Shown in pieces: positions 1 to 9,128 of a stretch of 32,000 nucleotides of DNA. The stretch lies in contig JAISUZ010000076.1 in NCBI GenBank assembly GCA_031271785.1, forward strand, positions 1 through 32,000. Reading direction: 5' to 3'. Position 1 is the first letter of the stretch; each line of letters begins with the position of its first letter. Source of the stretch: Fibrobacter sp. (GTDB lineage Bacteria > Fibrobacterota > Fibrobacteria > Fibrobacterales > Fibrobacteraceae). Under the pieces are notes generated by a model. That model was not told the DNA's origin. It made no database searches and saw only the letters and a list, made by a program, of their open reading frames with translations. The translations under genes and the position numbers were made by a program.

Positions 1-650
1 AATCTTACACGCCGATTCGAACTTAACTTGTGTGCAAAATGGGAATGGGGCATAGGGAATAGATAATTCAGTCATTGAAATCACGAAGAACACATTCACC
101 GTTATCACGAGCCACGCAGCGGCGTGGTGATTCGGGGAGGAACAATCCGTGTTTGGATGGCCGCGAGCGATGCTCTCGCCATGACAGGAAAATGGACTGC
201 CGCGCCTTCGGCTCGCAGTGACGGAAACCGGTTTTTCCGCCCTAAAACCGGGTCGAAAATATTCGACCCCTGACATCATTATTGTCCTGTTCAAATCAAA
301 ATTAATATCATCGAATAATTGGAATTTTCGCCGTACCGATCCTGAAACTGTCATTCTGAACTTGTTTCAGAATCAGGATGTTTTGCGCATCAATGAAGTT
401 GTACTTTCATGTAAAGTTTTTCAAGTGTGCGCCGTCACTTGGTGGGGACAAATTTTCAGGCCGGAAGCCGCTCCAATTTGTCCCGAAGCGTTGAAACCGT
501 GCGAACATTGCGTGAGGCAGGCGGAGGGTGCGCGCTAACGCGCAGTACCGGATTTTTACTGCAAATTTTATGCAGGATTCTCGAAATATCCGGTACCGAC
601 CGGCGGGTAGCCCGTAGCCACGCCGACCCGGCGCGCCGGGGCACGCTAAC
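1..650 (-). repeat. Mosaic hairpin-dense non-coding element, copy E1. Orientation is defined by the W/core modules; it is probably truncated by the left window edge.
   Basis: No credible CDS. Shares these modules with 21039-21775: W-like (617-650, inverted), core (458-517), V (233-302), Y (166-186) and X (65-92). Shares module Z (408-424) with 26393-26410. Contains many perfect local stems, e.g. GGTCGAA-AATA-TTCGACC at 251-268 and GTACCGGAT...ATCCGGTAC at 546-597. Confidence 0.7.
65..92 (+). repeat. Module X, a 28-nt exact repeat (AATTCAGTCATTGAAATCACGAAGAACA)
   Basis: Identical 28/28 nt to 21525-21552 on the same strand. Confidence 0.9.
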
Positions 651-690
651 TAAAAACCCCACCGGACGGCGGTGGGGTGAGTTTTTATTT
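651..690. terminator. Rho-independent terminator of the RND operon; it reads as hairpin plus T-run on both strands
   Basis: CCCCACC (657-663), a 7-nt loop, then GGTGGGG (671-677). The flank is TTTTTA on the minus strand (656-651), 8 nt after the minus-strand stop at 685-687. The flank is GTTTTTATTT on the plus strand. Confidence 0.8.
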
Positions 691-3600
691 GGGGAATCGT
701 TTTACGATTTTTGAAGTCGCGGTTTTGAGTTTGTCCGTTTGCTTCTTCGCTTTGCTGAACAGCGCATTCGGGAGCCAGAAGAAAGTCGGAATCAAATACA
801 TGGTGAGAATGGCCGAAATCAAGAGCCCGCCGACCGAGGCGATACCCATCGGTTGTGTCATGGCGGCAACGCTCCCGCCGATACCGAGGGCAAGGGGTAT
901 TTGAGCAACGATCGCGGCAAACGTGGCAAGCAAAATCGGCTGGAATTTTATTTCAGCGGCTTTCAAAATGGCGGATCGGCGGCCTACATTCCCGGAACGG
1001 AAGCGGCGGTTGGCTTCATCGAGTAAGAGAATCGCGTTGTTCACCACCACACCGATGAGCATCACGATCGCCATAAATGCAATCATGGAAAGGCTCTTCC
1101 GGGTAATGACGAGGGAGAAAATCACCCCGATGGCACCCATCGGAATTGTGGTCAGGATAATGAAGGGCTGCGAGAACGATTCCAAGAGCGCCACCATCAA
1201 GATGTAAGTGAGGAGGATCGCCATAATGATCGCCGCGATAAATTCCGTGATCATGTCCTGCTGCATGTCGGCATTTCCGCCGAAAGCAAATTCCACACCG
1301 GGTGGCACGTTTTCAAAACTCGGAATGATTTTTCCGATTTCGCCCATGATTCCGCCCGTTGTGTAACCCGGAAGGAGGTTCATGCTTACTTCCACGAGCC
1401 GCTTTTTATACTTGCGCGTGAGCATGGTGGGGCCAAGCCGTGTTTCCACATCGTAAAGCGCCTGAATCGGCATATAACCTTTAGGCGTGAGAATCGGGAG
1501 GTTCAAAATGGCTTCGCGGTCGGCACGGTCTTCTTCGCGGAGGCGAATATAAATATCGTATTCCTCTCCGGCATCCGTGTAAGTGCTCGCTTGATAGCCG
1601 CTCACATAAAAGTAACCGATGTTCGCAATCGCCTGGGCGGTCATGCCGTAATCGGCGAGGGCGGCGCGGTTCGGGTGGAACACCATTTCCGGTTTTCCGG
1701 CTTCATAAGAAGATTTCACTTCCACAACTCCCGGAATTTTTCGGATGTAGCTGATGGCTATGTTGGCCGCTTTTGCGGCGGAATCACCGTCAAGGGAACG
1801 TACTTCAAGCACGACATCGCCTTCTTGCCCGTTGCCCATTTCCGAGGCGCTCGAACTTTTGATGGTAATGTAAGCATCGGGAATATCGGCAAGGACAACG
1901 CGGAGTGAATCCACAATTTGATCCGTTGTGCGCACGCGGCCTTCGTCTATTGATTTCAGCGAGAGTTTGACGGTTGCCTGATTGACGGCGGTCAAACCTT
2001 GATCTCCGCCGATAGAGGAATAGTAAAGTTTGAGTTCCGGAATTGTTTTTACCCGGGCTTCCACCGTTTTGGCGACACTGTCCGTCGTTTCGATGTTCGT
2101 TCCGCTCGGCATTTCAAGCGTGATGTTGATAAAACCTTCGTCGGTTTTAGGCATCATTTCTACGGTCATAAATTTTAAGGCCGTAAGGGCGGTGAGAATA
2201 ATCAAGGCGCCGACAATGAGAACCTGAACGATGGTTCCGACACGCGATAAACAGAATGCGAGGGATCTCAAATAAAGATTTTGAATGAACAGCAGTGTTT
2301 TCGGGAAAATATCGGCGATTTTCTTGAAAAGAGTCACCTTCGGTTTTACGGGCGTGCCGTCTTCATTCATTTTTTTGGCTTTGAAGAGGTAAGCCGCCAT
2401 GAGAGGTGTTAAGGTAAATGTGATGAGGAGCGAAACGAAAGTGGCGTAAACCATGGTAAGCCCGTAGCTTCTGAACATGATTCCCGCCACGGACTTCATG
2501 AATGCGATCGGCACAAACACGCAGACGTTCGTGAGGGTCGAGGCCATAATGGCGATCATAATTTCGCTGGTACCGACTAATGCCGCTTCTTTGGGTTTTA
2601 ACCCGCTTTCCAGTTTTACGGAAATATTTTCGAGGATCACGATGGAGTTTGTAACGAGAAGTCCCACCGCCGAAGAAAGCGCCATCAAAGTCATGATATT
2701 GATGGTGAATCCGCTGAAATACATGAAGGTAAAAGCTCCGACCACCGAAATCGGCATGGTGACCGCTGCAATAAACATGGTGCTGAACTTTCCGAGGAAG
2801 AGCAGGAGGATGATCGCCGTTAAGATAATGGCGAGGTAAATATTGCTGATCACGCCGTCCACCGATTGACGAATCATGTCGGAGCGGTCGTAAACGAGAT
2901 TGAGTTCATAACCTTCGGGAAGATCCTTATTGATACGCTCTACTGCTTTAAGCACACCGTCTGCCACTTGAACTACGTTAGCGTCGGTTCTCTTTTTGAT
3001 AGACATACCGATGGAATTGATTCCCTGGTAACGCGAGGTGGAAGTGATGGTTTTTACGGTGTCTTTCACGACGGCAATTTCACTCAGACGGATGCGCCCC
3101 GCGGAAGTCGGGATTTCGAGATTGCGGATTTCATCCAGCGACCGGAATTTGGAATCGGCGCGTACGCTCGTGTTTTTGATTTTTCCTTCCAAGTCGCCGA
3201 AAGGAAAACTGAGGTTTGCCGCCCCAATGAGCGACATGACGGTGGCGATATCCACATTCCGCGCTTGCAGGGCTTCTTTATTGAATTCAATGGAAATTTC
3301 GCGTTCCGTTCCGCCGAAAAGATCCACGCTCGCTACTCCCGACACCGCGGAGAGTTTCGGTTTCAGTACTTCGTCGGCCATTTGGCGGAGTTCCGTGGAA
3401 TTGGCTTGACCGACAAACGCAAGATCGACGATCGGCATTCCGTTAATATCGACTTTCTGAATAATGGCGTCTTCTACGGCGTCCGGGAAGTTGGTTTGAA
3501 CCTGCGCAATTTTATCGCGGACATCGTTTGCCGCCACATCCACATTAACGCCCATGTTAAACATGACCACGAAAATCGCATAGTTTTCCATGGCGTAGGC

Positions 3601-3837
3601 GAGAACGTAGTCGATGCCGTCAATCAGCTCGACCTGTTCTTCGACGGGTTTAATCACGGTGGATTCAAGTTCTTCCGGGCTTGCGCCCTGATAAATGACC
3701 GTGGCGGTCACCACCGGCACTTCAAACTTCGGCAGCATATCCACTGCCATCATGCGGTAGGTGTAAATACCGAAGACAACCACCGCAAGAATCACCATCA
3801 ACATGGTGATGGGTTTATAAATACTCGCTTTAATCAT
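685..3837 (-). CDS. RND-family (AcrB/HAE1-like) efflux permease
   Basis: 1050-aa ORF. The N-terminus MIKASIYKPITMLMVILAVVVFG... and the length and hydrophobic layout are typical of AcrB-type pumps. It is the last gene of an OMF-MFP-RND operon. Confidence 0.93.
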   Translation of the reverse strand: MIKASIYKPITMLMVILAVVVFGIYTYRMMAVDMLPKFEVPVVTATVIYQGASPEELESTVIKPVEEQVELIDGIDYVLAYAMENYAIFVVMFNMGVNVDVAANDVRDKIAQVQTNFPDAVEDAIIQKVDINGMPIVDLAFVGQANSTELRQMADEVLKPKLSAVSGVASVDLFGGTEREISIEFNKEALQARNVDIATVMSLIGAANLSFPFGDLEGKIKNTSVRADSKFRSLDEIRNLEIPTSAGRIRLSEIAVVKDTVKTITSTSRYQGINSIGMSIKKRTDANVVQVADGVLKAVERINKDLPEGYELNLVYDRSDMIRQSVDGVISNIYLAIILTAIILLLFLGKFSTMFIAAVTMPISVVGAFTFMYFSGFTINIMTLMALSSAVGLLVTNSIVILENISVKLESGLKPKEAALVGTSEIMIAIMASTLTNVCVFVPIAFMKSVAGIMFRSYGLTMVYATFVSLLITFTLTPLMAAYLFKAKKMNEDGTPVKPKVTLFKKIADIFPKTLLFIQNLYLRSLAFCLSRVGTIVQVLIVGALIILTALTALKFMTVEMMPKTDEGFINITLEMPSGTNIETTDSVAKTVEARVKTIPELKLYYSSIGGDQGLTAVNQATVKLSLKSIDEGRVRTTDQIVDSLRVVLADIPDAYITIKSSSASEMGNGQEGDVVLEVRSLDGDSAAKAANIAISYIRKIPGVVEVKSSYEAGKPEMVFHPNRAALADYGMTAQAIANIGYFYVSGYQASTYTDAGEEYDIYIRLREEDRADREAILNLPILTPKGYMPIQALYDVETRLGPTMLTRKYKKRLVEVSMNLLPGYTTGGIMGEIGKIIPSFENVPPGVEFAFGGNADMQQDMITEFIAAIIMAILLTYILMVALLESFSQPFIILTTIPMGAIGVIFSLVITRKSLSMIAFMAIVMLIGVVVNNAILLLDEANRRFRSGNVGRRSAILKAAEIKFQPILLATFAAIVAQIPLALGIGGSVAAMTQPMGIASVGGLLISAILTMYLIPTFFWLPNALFSKAKKQTDKLKTATSKIVKRFPK

Positions 3838-3852
3838 GCAATGAGCCTCCGG

Positions 3853-4881
3853 TTAGTCCACAATCAGGACTTTATCGCCTTCATTCACTTTGGACATTCC
3901 CTGTACCATTATCACATCGGTTGAGTCGATCCCTTTCACAATTTGAGTATTGTCTTTATCGGAAATTCCGGGAACAACGGATTTACGGAGCGCTTTACCG
4001 TCTTGAACCGTCCAGAGATAGTAGAAACCATCCTGATACACGACCGCATCGCTCGGTACCGTCAGTCCGGTGACGTTTCTTGCATTAATTTCTGCGGAAA
4101 CAAACATCCCCGGCAGGAGTTTTCGCTCTTTGTTGTTGAAAGTAACTTCTACCGGGAAAAAACGCGTGACCGGGTCGGCGGCCATGGGAACCATGGTCAC
4201 TTTTCCGGTAATGTCTTCGCCGTTCAGGCGAACGGTGGCGCTTGCGCCTTTTTTTATAAGACCGATATCCTGAGAGGTGATGGGGAGAGTTAAGATCACC
4301 TGATCCAGTTTTGCAATCGTGAAGAGAGTGGCGCCGATTCCAGGCACTTGCCCTTCTTTAAACTTCACATCGGTCACGACTCCGCTCGCCGGAGCAAGAA
4401 CGAGGGTGGCGCGGCGAGCGGTTTCCTGATTCATTTTCGCGATTTTCAGCTGAGTTTCCGCCTGTTCCAAATCCTGTTTGGAAATGCCGCCTTTCGTGTA
4501 AACTTCGCGGAGCCGTTCGGTAGAAGCTTCCAGAAGTTTAACCTGTTCTTCGGCTTGCTGGTAGCTCGTGTTGTCTCCCGTATAGAGAAATTCTGCGAGA
4601 ACCTGATCTTTTTGAACCGTGCTGCCGATGCTCACTTTGATGGATTTAATCGGGTCGGACATTTTGGAAATGGCGTTTGTCTGCTGCATTCCTTCGATAG
4701 AGCCGCTAAAAGAACGGACATCATTCAATGTTGTTTGAGAAACGGAGGTGATGCGTACCGGCTTCCCTTTTTCCGCCTGAACTTGTTCCATGGTTAAGTT
4801 TTGGGCCGTTTTGTCTTCTTTTTGCGAGCATGCTGCAAACATTAAAGAAATGATGGCAAGTGCAATGATTTTTTTTGTCAT
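3853..4881 (-). CDS. Efflux membrane-fusion (HlyD/AcrA-like) lipoprotein
   Basis: The ORF track starts at 4932, but the ATG at 4881 gives MTKKIIALAIISLMFAACSQ, a signal peptide with a lipobox Cys. A GAGGA RBS lies at 4886-4890. The tolC-like stop is at 4892-4894. Coiled-coil and beta-barrel MFP-like sequence follows. Confidence 0.88.
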   Translation of the reverse strand: MTKKIIALAIISLMFAACSQKEDKTAQNLTMEQVQAEKGKPVRITSVSQTTLNDVRSFSGSIEGMQQTNAISKMSDPIKSIKVSIGSTVQKDQVLAEFLYTGDNTSYQQAEEQVKLLEASTERLREVYTKGGISKQDLEQAETQLKIAKMNQETARRATLVLAPASGVVTDVKFKEGQVPGIGATLFTIAKLDQVILTLPITSQDIGLIKKGASATVRLNGEDITGKVTMVPMAADPVTRFFPVEVTFNNKERKLLPGMFVSAEINARNVTGLTVPSDAVVYQDGFYYLWTVQDGKALRKSVVPGISDKDNTQIVKGIDSTDVIMVQGMSKVNEGDKVLIVD

Positions 4882-4891
4882 GATGTTCCTC

Positions 4892-6283
4892 TTAATATTC
4901 TCCGGTTGCTTTGAGCAGGGCGCTGTAAGCATTATTCCAATCCACCATAGATGACATGTAGTCCAGTTTGGCGTTGCGAAGGCTCATGTTCGCATCGAGT
5001 AAATCCAACTGCGGAATTTTTCCCACGCTGTAAGCTGCTTCCGAAAGTTCCAGATTTCTTTCGGCGAGGGAAACTTGGCGTTTGCGGATTTCGATTTGTC
5101 TTTTTGCATTTTCCCAAGTGTTTACGCAAGATTCCACTTCAAGTTGAATACCGCGTTCGGCGGTTTCTTTTTGAATTTGAGTTTTACGGAGACTGCTTTT
5201 TGCTTGAACCACTTTTTCTTTGGTTTGCATTCCGTTAAACAAATTCATGGTGAGCGCGAGATATACTTTTTTGTCAATATTTTTATCCCAATCCGGCTTT
5301 TCCCAGCTGTTCCAGCGATTCGCGCCGTTCGCGTAAGCAATGGAGCCGCCCAAAATCAAAGACGGTTTGTAATCGCCTTGTTCAATATGGATGTTCAGGT
5401 TCTGCATGTTTTCACTTTCGTTCAACTGCAGAATCTCTTTGCGGCGCGCGAGTACGTTTTTTAAGGCGGTATCGGGTTCGGCAAGCGTGCTTGATGCCGG
5501 GTCGCGCAAATCACCGGTAAAAGCGACGTCTTCCTGCCAAGGGAGCCCCATGGTATTCAGGAGCGCGTTTCTTGCAAGAATTTGATCCTTTTTGGTTTTT
5601 TCAAGCCCCGATTGGAGTTCATCGATTTGAAGTTCGGCGCGGATCAGATCCAGTTCTCCGACAAGCCCGCTTTCGTAAGCCTGTTTGGCGTAGTCAAAGT
5701 GTTTTTGCGCCTGGTTGAGGCTTGCTTCGTAAATGGCGACGGCGCTGTCCAGATAAAGCACGGAATTGAACGCCGTTTCCGCTGTGTAACGAACCAGGAC
5801 TTTTGCGTTCTCAAGGGAATACTCGGCAACGCGGCGGTAAGACCGGGCGATTTGGACTCCCGAACTTACTTTCCCTTGTGCATAGAGAATTTGAGTGGCG
5901 GTGAGCCCTACCTGTGTGCCCCAGCGGAAACCGTTTAGCGCGGAAAGCCCGTAAGCCATTTTATCCAAAGTACCGGCGAGCATCCGGTCGTTCATATCGG
6001 CAGTGTTATCCAGCATGGAACTGATCGCATCGGATTGATTCACATCGGAAACGCCGAAAGTTCTCGCATATTGCGCGCTGAGATCAATGGAGGGGAAAGC
6101 ATTTCCATAGGCGCCGTTTACCGTGGAATTTGCCGTTATGTATTCTTGCTCTGCGGTTTGAACATCGGATGATTTTTCAAGTGCAATCCGAATCACATCT
6201 TCTCGAGTGTAACTCTCTGCAGCCGAGGACAATATCGCCATTACCCCGATCAAGGTCATGGGAATTGTGAAGCATCTTGGCAT
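4892..6283 (-). CDS. TolC-like outer-membrane efflux factor
   Basis: 463 aa with an N-terminal signal-like segment and two-repeat helical TolC/OprM-like sequence. An AAGGAG RBS lies 7 nt upstream of the ATG at 6283. It is the first gene of the efflux operon. Confidence 0.88.
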   Translation of the reverse strand: MPRCFTIPMTLIGVMAILSSAAESYTREDVIRIALEKSSDVQTAEQEYITANSTVNGAYGNAFPSIDLSAQYARTFGVSDVNQSDAISSMLDNTADMNDRMLAGTLDKMAYGLSALNGFRWGTQVGLTATQILYAQGKVSSGVQIARSYRRVAEYSLENAKVLVRYTAETAFNSVLYLDSAVAIYEASLNQAQKHFDYAKQAYESGLVGELDLIRAELQIDELQSGLEKTKKDQILARNALLNTMGLPWQEDVAFTGDLRDPASSTLAEPDTALKNVLARRKEILQLNESENMQNLNIHIEQGDYKPSLILGGSIAYANGANRWNSWEKPDWDKNIDKKVYLALTMNLFNGMQTKEKVVQAKSSLRKTQIQKETAERGIQLEVESCVNTWENAKRQIEIRKRQVSLAERNLELSEAAYSVGKIPQLDLLDANMSLRNAKLDYMSSMVDWNNAYSALLKATGEY

Positions 6284-6491
6284 GTAAGTCTCCTTAGGGA
6301 GTTATATTATTCTTCTATTCGCCGTCAAAGGTAGAAAACAGTCGTTGTTTGAAAAGGAAAAAACGCATTTTTTTGACAAAGAAACTCAAATTGCGGATAG
6401 ATGTCGCAGAAATCCGCTTGAGTTTATTTAAAGTTTTTAGATTTTCCGCCAATGTTCCTTTTTTCCAAGTTTTCAAACCGGTGAAAATACT

Positions 6492-9128
6492 ATGACTTTT
6501 GTGCCTAAGACCTCGACCGAAATACGATCTTCCTTTATTCGTTTCTTTGAATCGAAAAAACACACTTTTGTACGCAGTGCGCCTGTGGTTCCCGCCGACG
6601 ATCCCACGCTCATGTTCACGAATGCCGGCATGAACCAATTCAAAGCAATTTTCCTCGGCGATAATCCGAGAGGTTTAAAGCGGGCGGTGAACAGCCAAAA
6701 ATGTATCCGCGTTTCCGGAAAGCACAACGATTTGGATGAAGTCGGCCGCGATACTTATCACCATACTTTTTTTGAAATGCTCGGTAACTGGTCTTTCGGC
6801 GATTACTACAAAGAAGAAGCGATCACTTGGGCGTGGGAGCTCCTTACCGAAGTTTGGAAACTGGATCAAGCGCGTTTATTTGTGACGGTTTATCAGGACG
6901 ACGACGAAGCGTTTGCGATTTGGAAACGCGTTTCCGGACTTCCGGAAGAACGCATTATGCGTTTTGATGCGAAAAGCAATTTCTGGGAAATGGGGGACAC
7001 GGGACCTTGCGGTCCCTGCAGTGAAATTCATTACGACCGCGGCGATCTCGCCACTCAAAAGGAAACGTTTGCCGACCCGATTCTCGGCGTGAACGGCGCT
7101 AACGACCGTTATATTGAAATTTGGAACAATGTGTTCATGCAATACGAACGCATCTCTACCGGGGAGCTGATACCGCTTAAAGCCAAAAATGTGGACACCG
7201 GTATGGGTTTTGAACGCGTGTGCGCCATTCTCCAGGGTGTGCGCAGCAATTACGATACGGATATTTTTAAGCCGATCATTGCGCGCATTGCCTCCCTCAG
7301 CGGCGTGAAATACGATGAAGGAGTCGCCGGCGTGCCGCACCGCGTGATTGCCGACCACTTGCGTTCCGTTTCTTTTGCTATTGCCGACGGCGCGCTCCCG
7401 AGTAACGAGGGCAGGGGATACGTTCTCCGCCGCATTCTGCGGCGGGCGAGCCGCTTTGCGAGACTCTTGGAACAAAAGGAACCGTTCATTTACCGTTTGG
7501 TGGAAACGCTTTCGGAAATTATGGGCGATGCGTTTCCGGAAATCCGCGAACGGAAAGATTTTGTCGCCGAAGTCATTCGCGCGGAAGAAGAACGCTTTAT
7601 CCGGACTTTGGATGCGGGGCTTGACCGTTTCGACCAAATTGTCGCCGAAATGGGAAATGAAAAAACGGTGCCGGGCGATAAGGTGTTCCTGCTTTACGAT
7701 ACTTACGGATTCCCACCGGATTTAACGCGGATTCTTGCGGAAGAAAAGGGGCTCGCTATCGACGAAGCCGGTTTTGAAACGAGTATGGAAGAACAGAAAT
7801 CCCGCGCCCGCGCCGCGCGCAAGCAGGGCATTAACACTATGGGTACCGAAGGCTGGACGGTTTTCGCAGACGGCTCCACACAGTTTGTAGGTTATTCGCT
7901 CACAAGTACCGAAACGCGAATTCTGCGTTACCGCGAAGATAACGGCACGCTTTCCATTGTGCTTGAAACCACTCCGTTTTATGCGGAAATGGGCGGACAA
8001 GTGGGGGACAAAGGGGAACTTATCGCCGAAGGCATTAAGATTAAGGTTTTTGACACGGTTAAAGTGAACGATACCGTGATTCATCGCGGCATGGTTTTGG
8101 AAGGAAACGCCGATGAAAAGACGATGGCCGGACTTTTTACCGCTACCGTTCAAAGCGAGGCCCAGCGCGACACGCGCCGTAATCACTCGGCTACGCATTT
8201 GCTGCAGGCGATGCTCCGTGAAGTTCTCGGAACTCACGTGGTGCAGCAGGGAAGTTTTGTTTCACCGGAAGAACTCCGTTTTGATTTCAGTCATTTCAGC
8301 GCGCTCACCGCCGAGCAGATCACGGATGTGGAAAATAAGGTGAACGCTCAGATTATGGCGTGCCTCCCTATTGAAACCACCGTGATGGATTTGGACGATG
8401 CCCGTGACGAGGGGGTGATGGCGCTTTTCGGCGAGAAATACGAAGACCGGGTGCGCGTGGTGAAAATAGGTGATGTGTCGAAAGAACTTTGCGGCGGCTT
8501 GCATGCCGGAAACACCGGAGAAATCGGGATGTTTAAGATTCTTTCGGAAACGAGCGTGAGCGCGGGTGTGCGGCGTATGGAAGCGGTGACCGGGCGCGGC
8601 GCTCTGGCGGTACTCCGGGAATCTTCCGCGATTTTATCTTCGCTCCGCGACCGTTTGCGCTGCAAGGATAAAGATATTCTCGGGCGCATTGACGGCGTGT
8701 TCGAAAGTGTGAAAACCGTTGAAAAGGAACTCGCTCAAGCAAAATTGAAACTCGCGACTCAGGCGGCGGCAAGCCTTCTTTTGGATGGAATTACAGTAAA
8801 AGGCTTTAAGGTTTTCGTTCAAGCGCTGAAACTCTCCGAAGACGAATTCAAAAATATTTTGGACGGCGTTCAATCGCGCCTCGCTCCCGAAGAAATGATG
8901 GTGATTTCCAATGAACTTCCCGAATCGGGAAGCATTGCGGTGCTTGCCGGAAAGGCGTTGCAGGATAAAGGCGTTAAGGCGGGGGACCTGGTAAAAGTAC
9001 TTGCAGAAGCGGCCGGCGGCCGCGGCGGCGGCAGAGCCGACCGGGCGCAAGCCGGTACTCGCGAACCGGGCAAACTCGCGGCGGCTCTCGCTATGGCGCT
9101 CCCTTGGATTCAGGAAAAACTCGCATGA
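6492..9128 (+). CDS. alaS: Alanine--tRNA ligase
   Basis: 878 aa with the classic AlaRS N-terminus (FIRFFESKKHTFVRSAPVVPADDPTLMFTNAGMNQFK). Editing-domain motifs (HSATHLL, CGGLH) and a C-terminal DHHA1-like region are present. Confidence 0.98.
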   Translation: MTFVPKTSTEIRSSFIRFFESKKHTFVRSAPVVPADDPTLMFTNAGMNQFKAIFLGDNPRGLKRAVNSQKCIRVSGKHNDLDEVGRDTYHHTFFEMLGNWSFGDYYKEEAITWAWELLTEVWKLDQARLFVTVYQDDDEAFAIWKRVSGLPEERIMRFDAKSNFWEMGDTGPCGPCSEIHYDRGDLATQKETFADPILGVNGANDRYIEIWNNVFMQYERISTGELIPLKAKNVDTGMGFERVCAILQGVRSNYDTDIFKPIIARIASLSGVKYDEGVAGVPHRVIADHLRSVSFAIADGALPSNEGRGYVLRRILRRASRFARLLEQKEPFIYRLVETLSEIMGDAFPEIRERKDFVAEVIRAEEERFIRTLDAGLDRFDQIVAEMGNEKTVPGDKVFLLYDTYGFPPDLTRILAEEKGLAIDEAGFETSMEEQKSRARAARKQGINTMGTEGWTVFADGSTQFVGYSLTSTETRILRYREDNGTLSIVLETTPFYAEMGGQVGDKGELIAEGIKIKVFDTVKVNDTVIHRGMVLEGNADEKTMAGLFTATVQSEAQRDTRRNHSATHLLQAMLREVLGTHVVQQGSFVSPEELRFDFSHFSALTAEQITDVENKVNAQIMACLPIETTVMDLDDARDEGVMALFGEKYEDRVRVVKIGDVSKELCGGLHAGNTGEIGMFKILSETSVSAGVRRMEAVTGRGALAVLRESSAILSSLRDRLRCKDKDILGRIDGVFESVKTVEKELAQAKLKLATQAAASLLLDGITVKGFKVFVQALKLSEDEFKNILDGVQSRLAPEEMMVISNELPESGSIAVLAGKALQDKGVKAGDLVKVLAEAAGGRGGGRADRAQAGTREPGKLAAALAMALPWIQEKLA

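Noticed and set aside
458-517. SRP-RNA-like GGCCGGAAGCCG segment, and possible tmRNA or RNase P RNA in the islands
   Set aside because: The segment occurs in at least two copies. It lacks the flanking conserved SRP domain IV sequence. I found no tmRNA tag-reading frame or acceptor-like 3' end and no RNase P GGAAAGUCC-type core.
218-538. ORFs inside the repeat islands: 218-538, 427-714, 20837-21277, 20997-21380, 21592-21798, 26124-26657 and 26261-26704
   Set aside because: Conservation between the island copies is at nucleotide-module level, with inversions and indels that break the reading frames. The predicted peptides are low-complexity and lack RBSs. Some would overlap the real phosphatase and transglutaminase-like genes.
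2866-3924. 352-aa plus-strand ORF antisense to the RND pump and MFP genes
   Set aside because: It lies entirely inside strongly supported minus-strand genes. Its His/Phe/Arg/Gly-rich, low-complexity sequence is typical of a mirror-frame artefact, and it resembles no family I recognise.
4882-4932. Longer N-terminus for the membrane-fusion protein, using the ORF-track start at 4932
   Set aside because: It would overlap the tolC-like gene by 41 nt and would place 17 non-signal residues before a perfect lipoprotein signal peptide. The ATG at 4881 has a GAGGA RBS.
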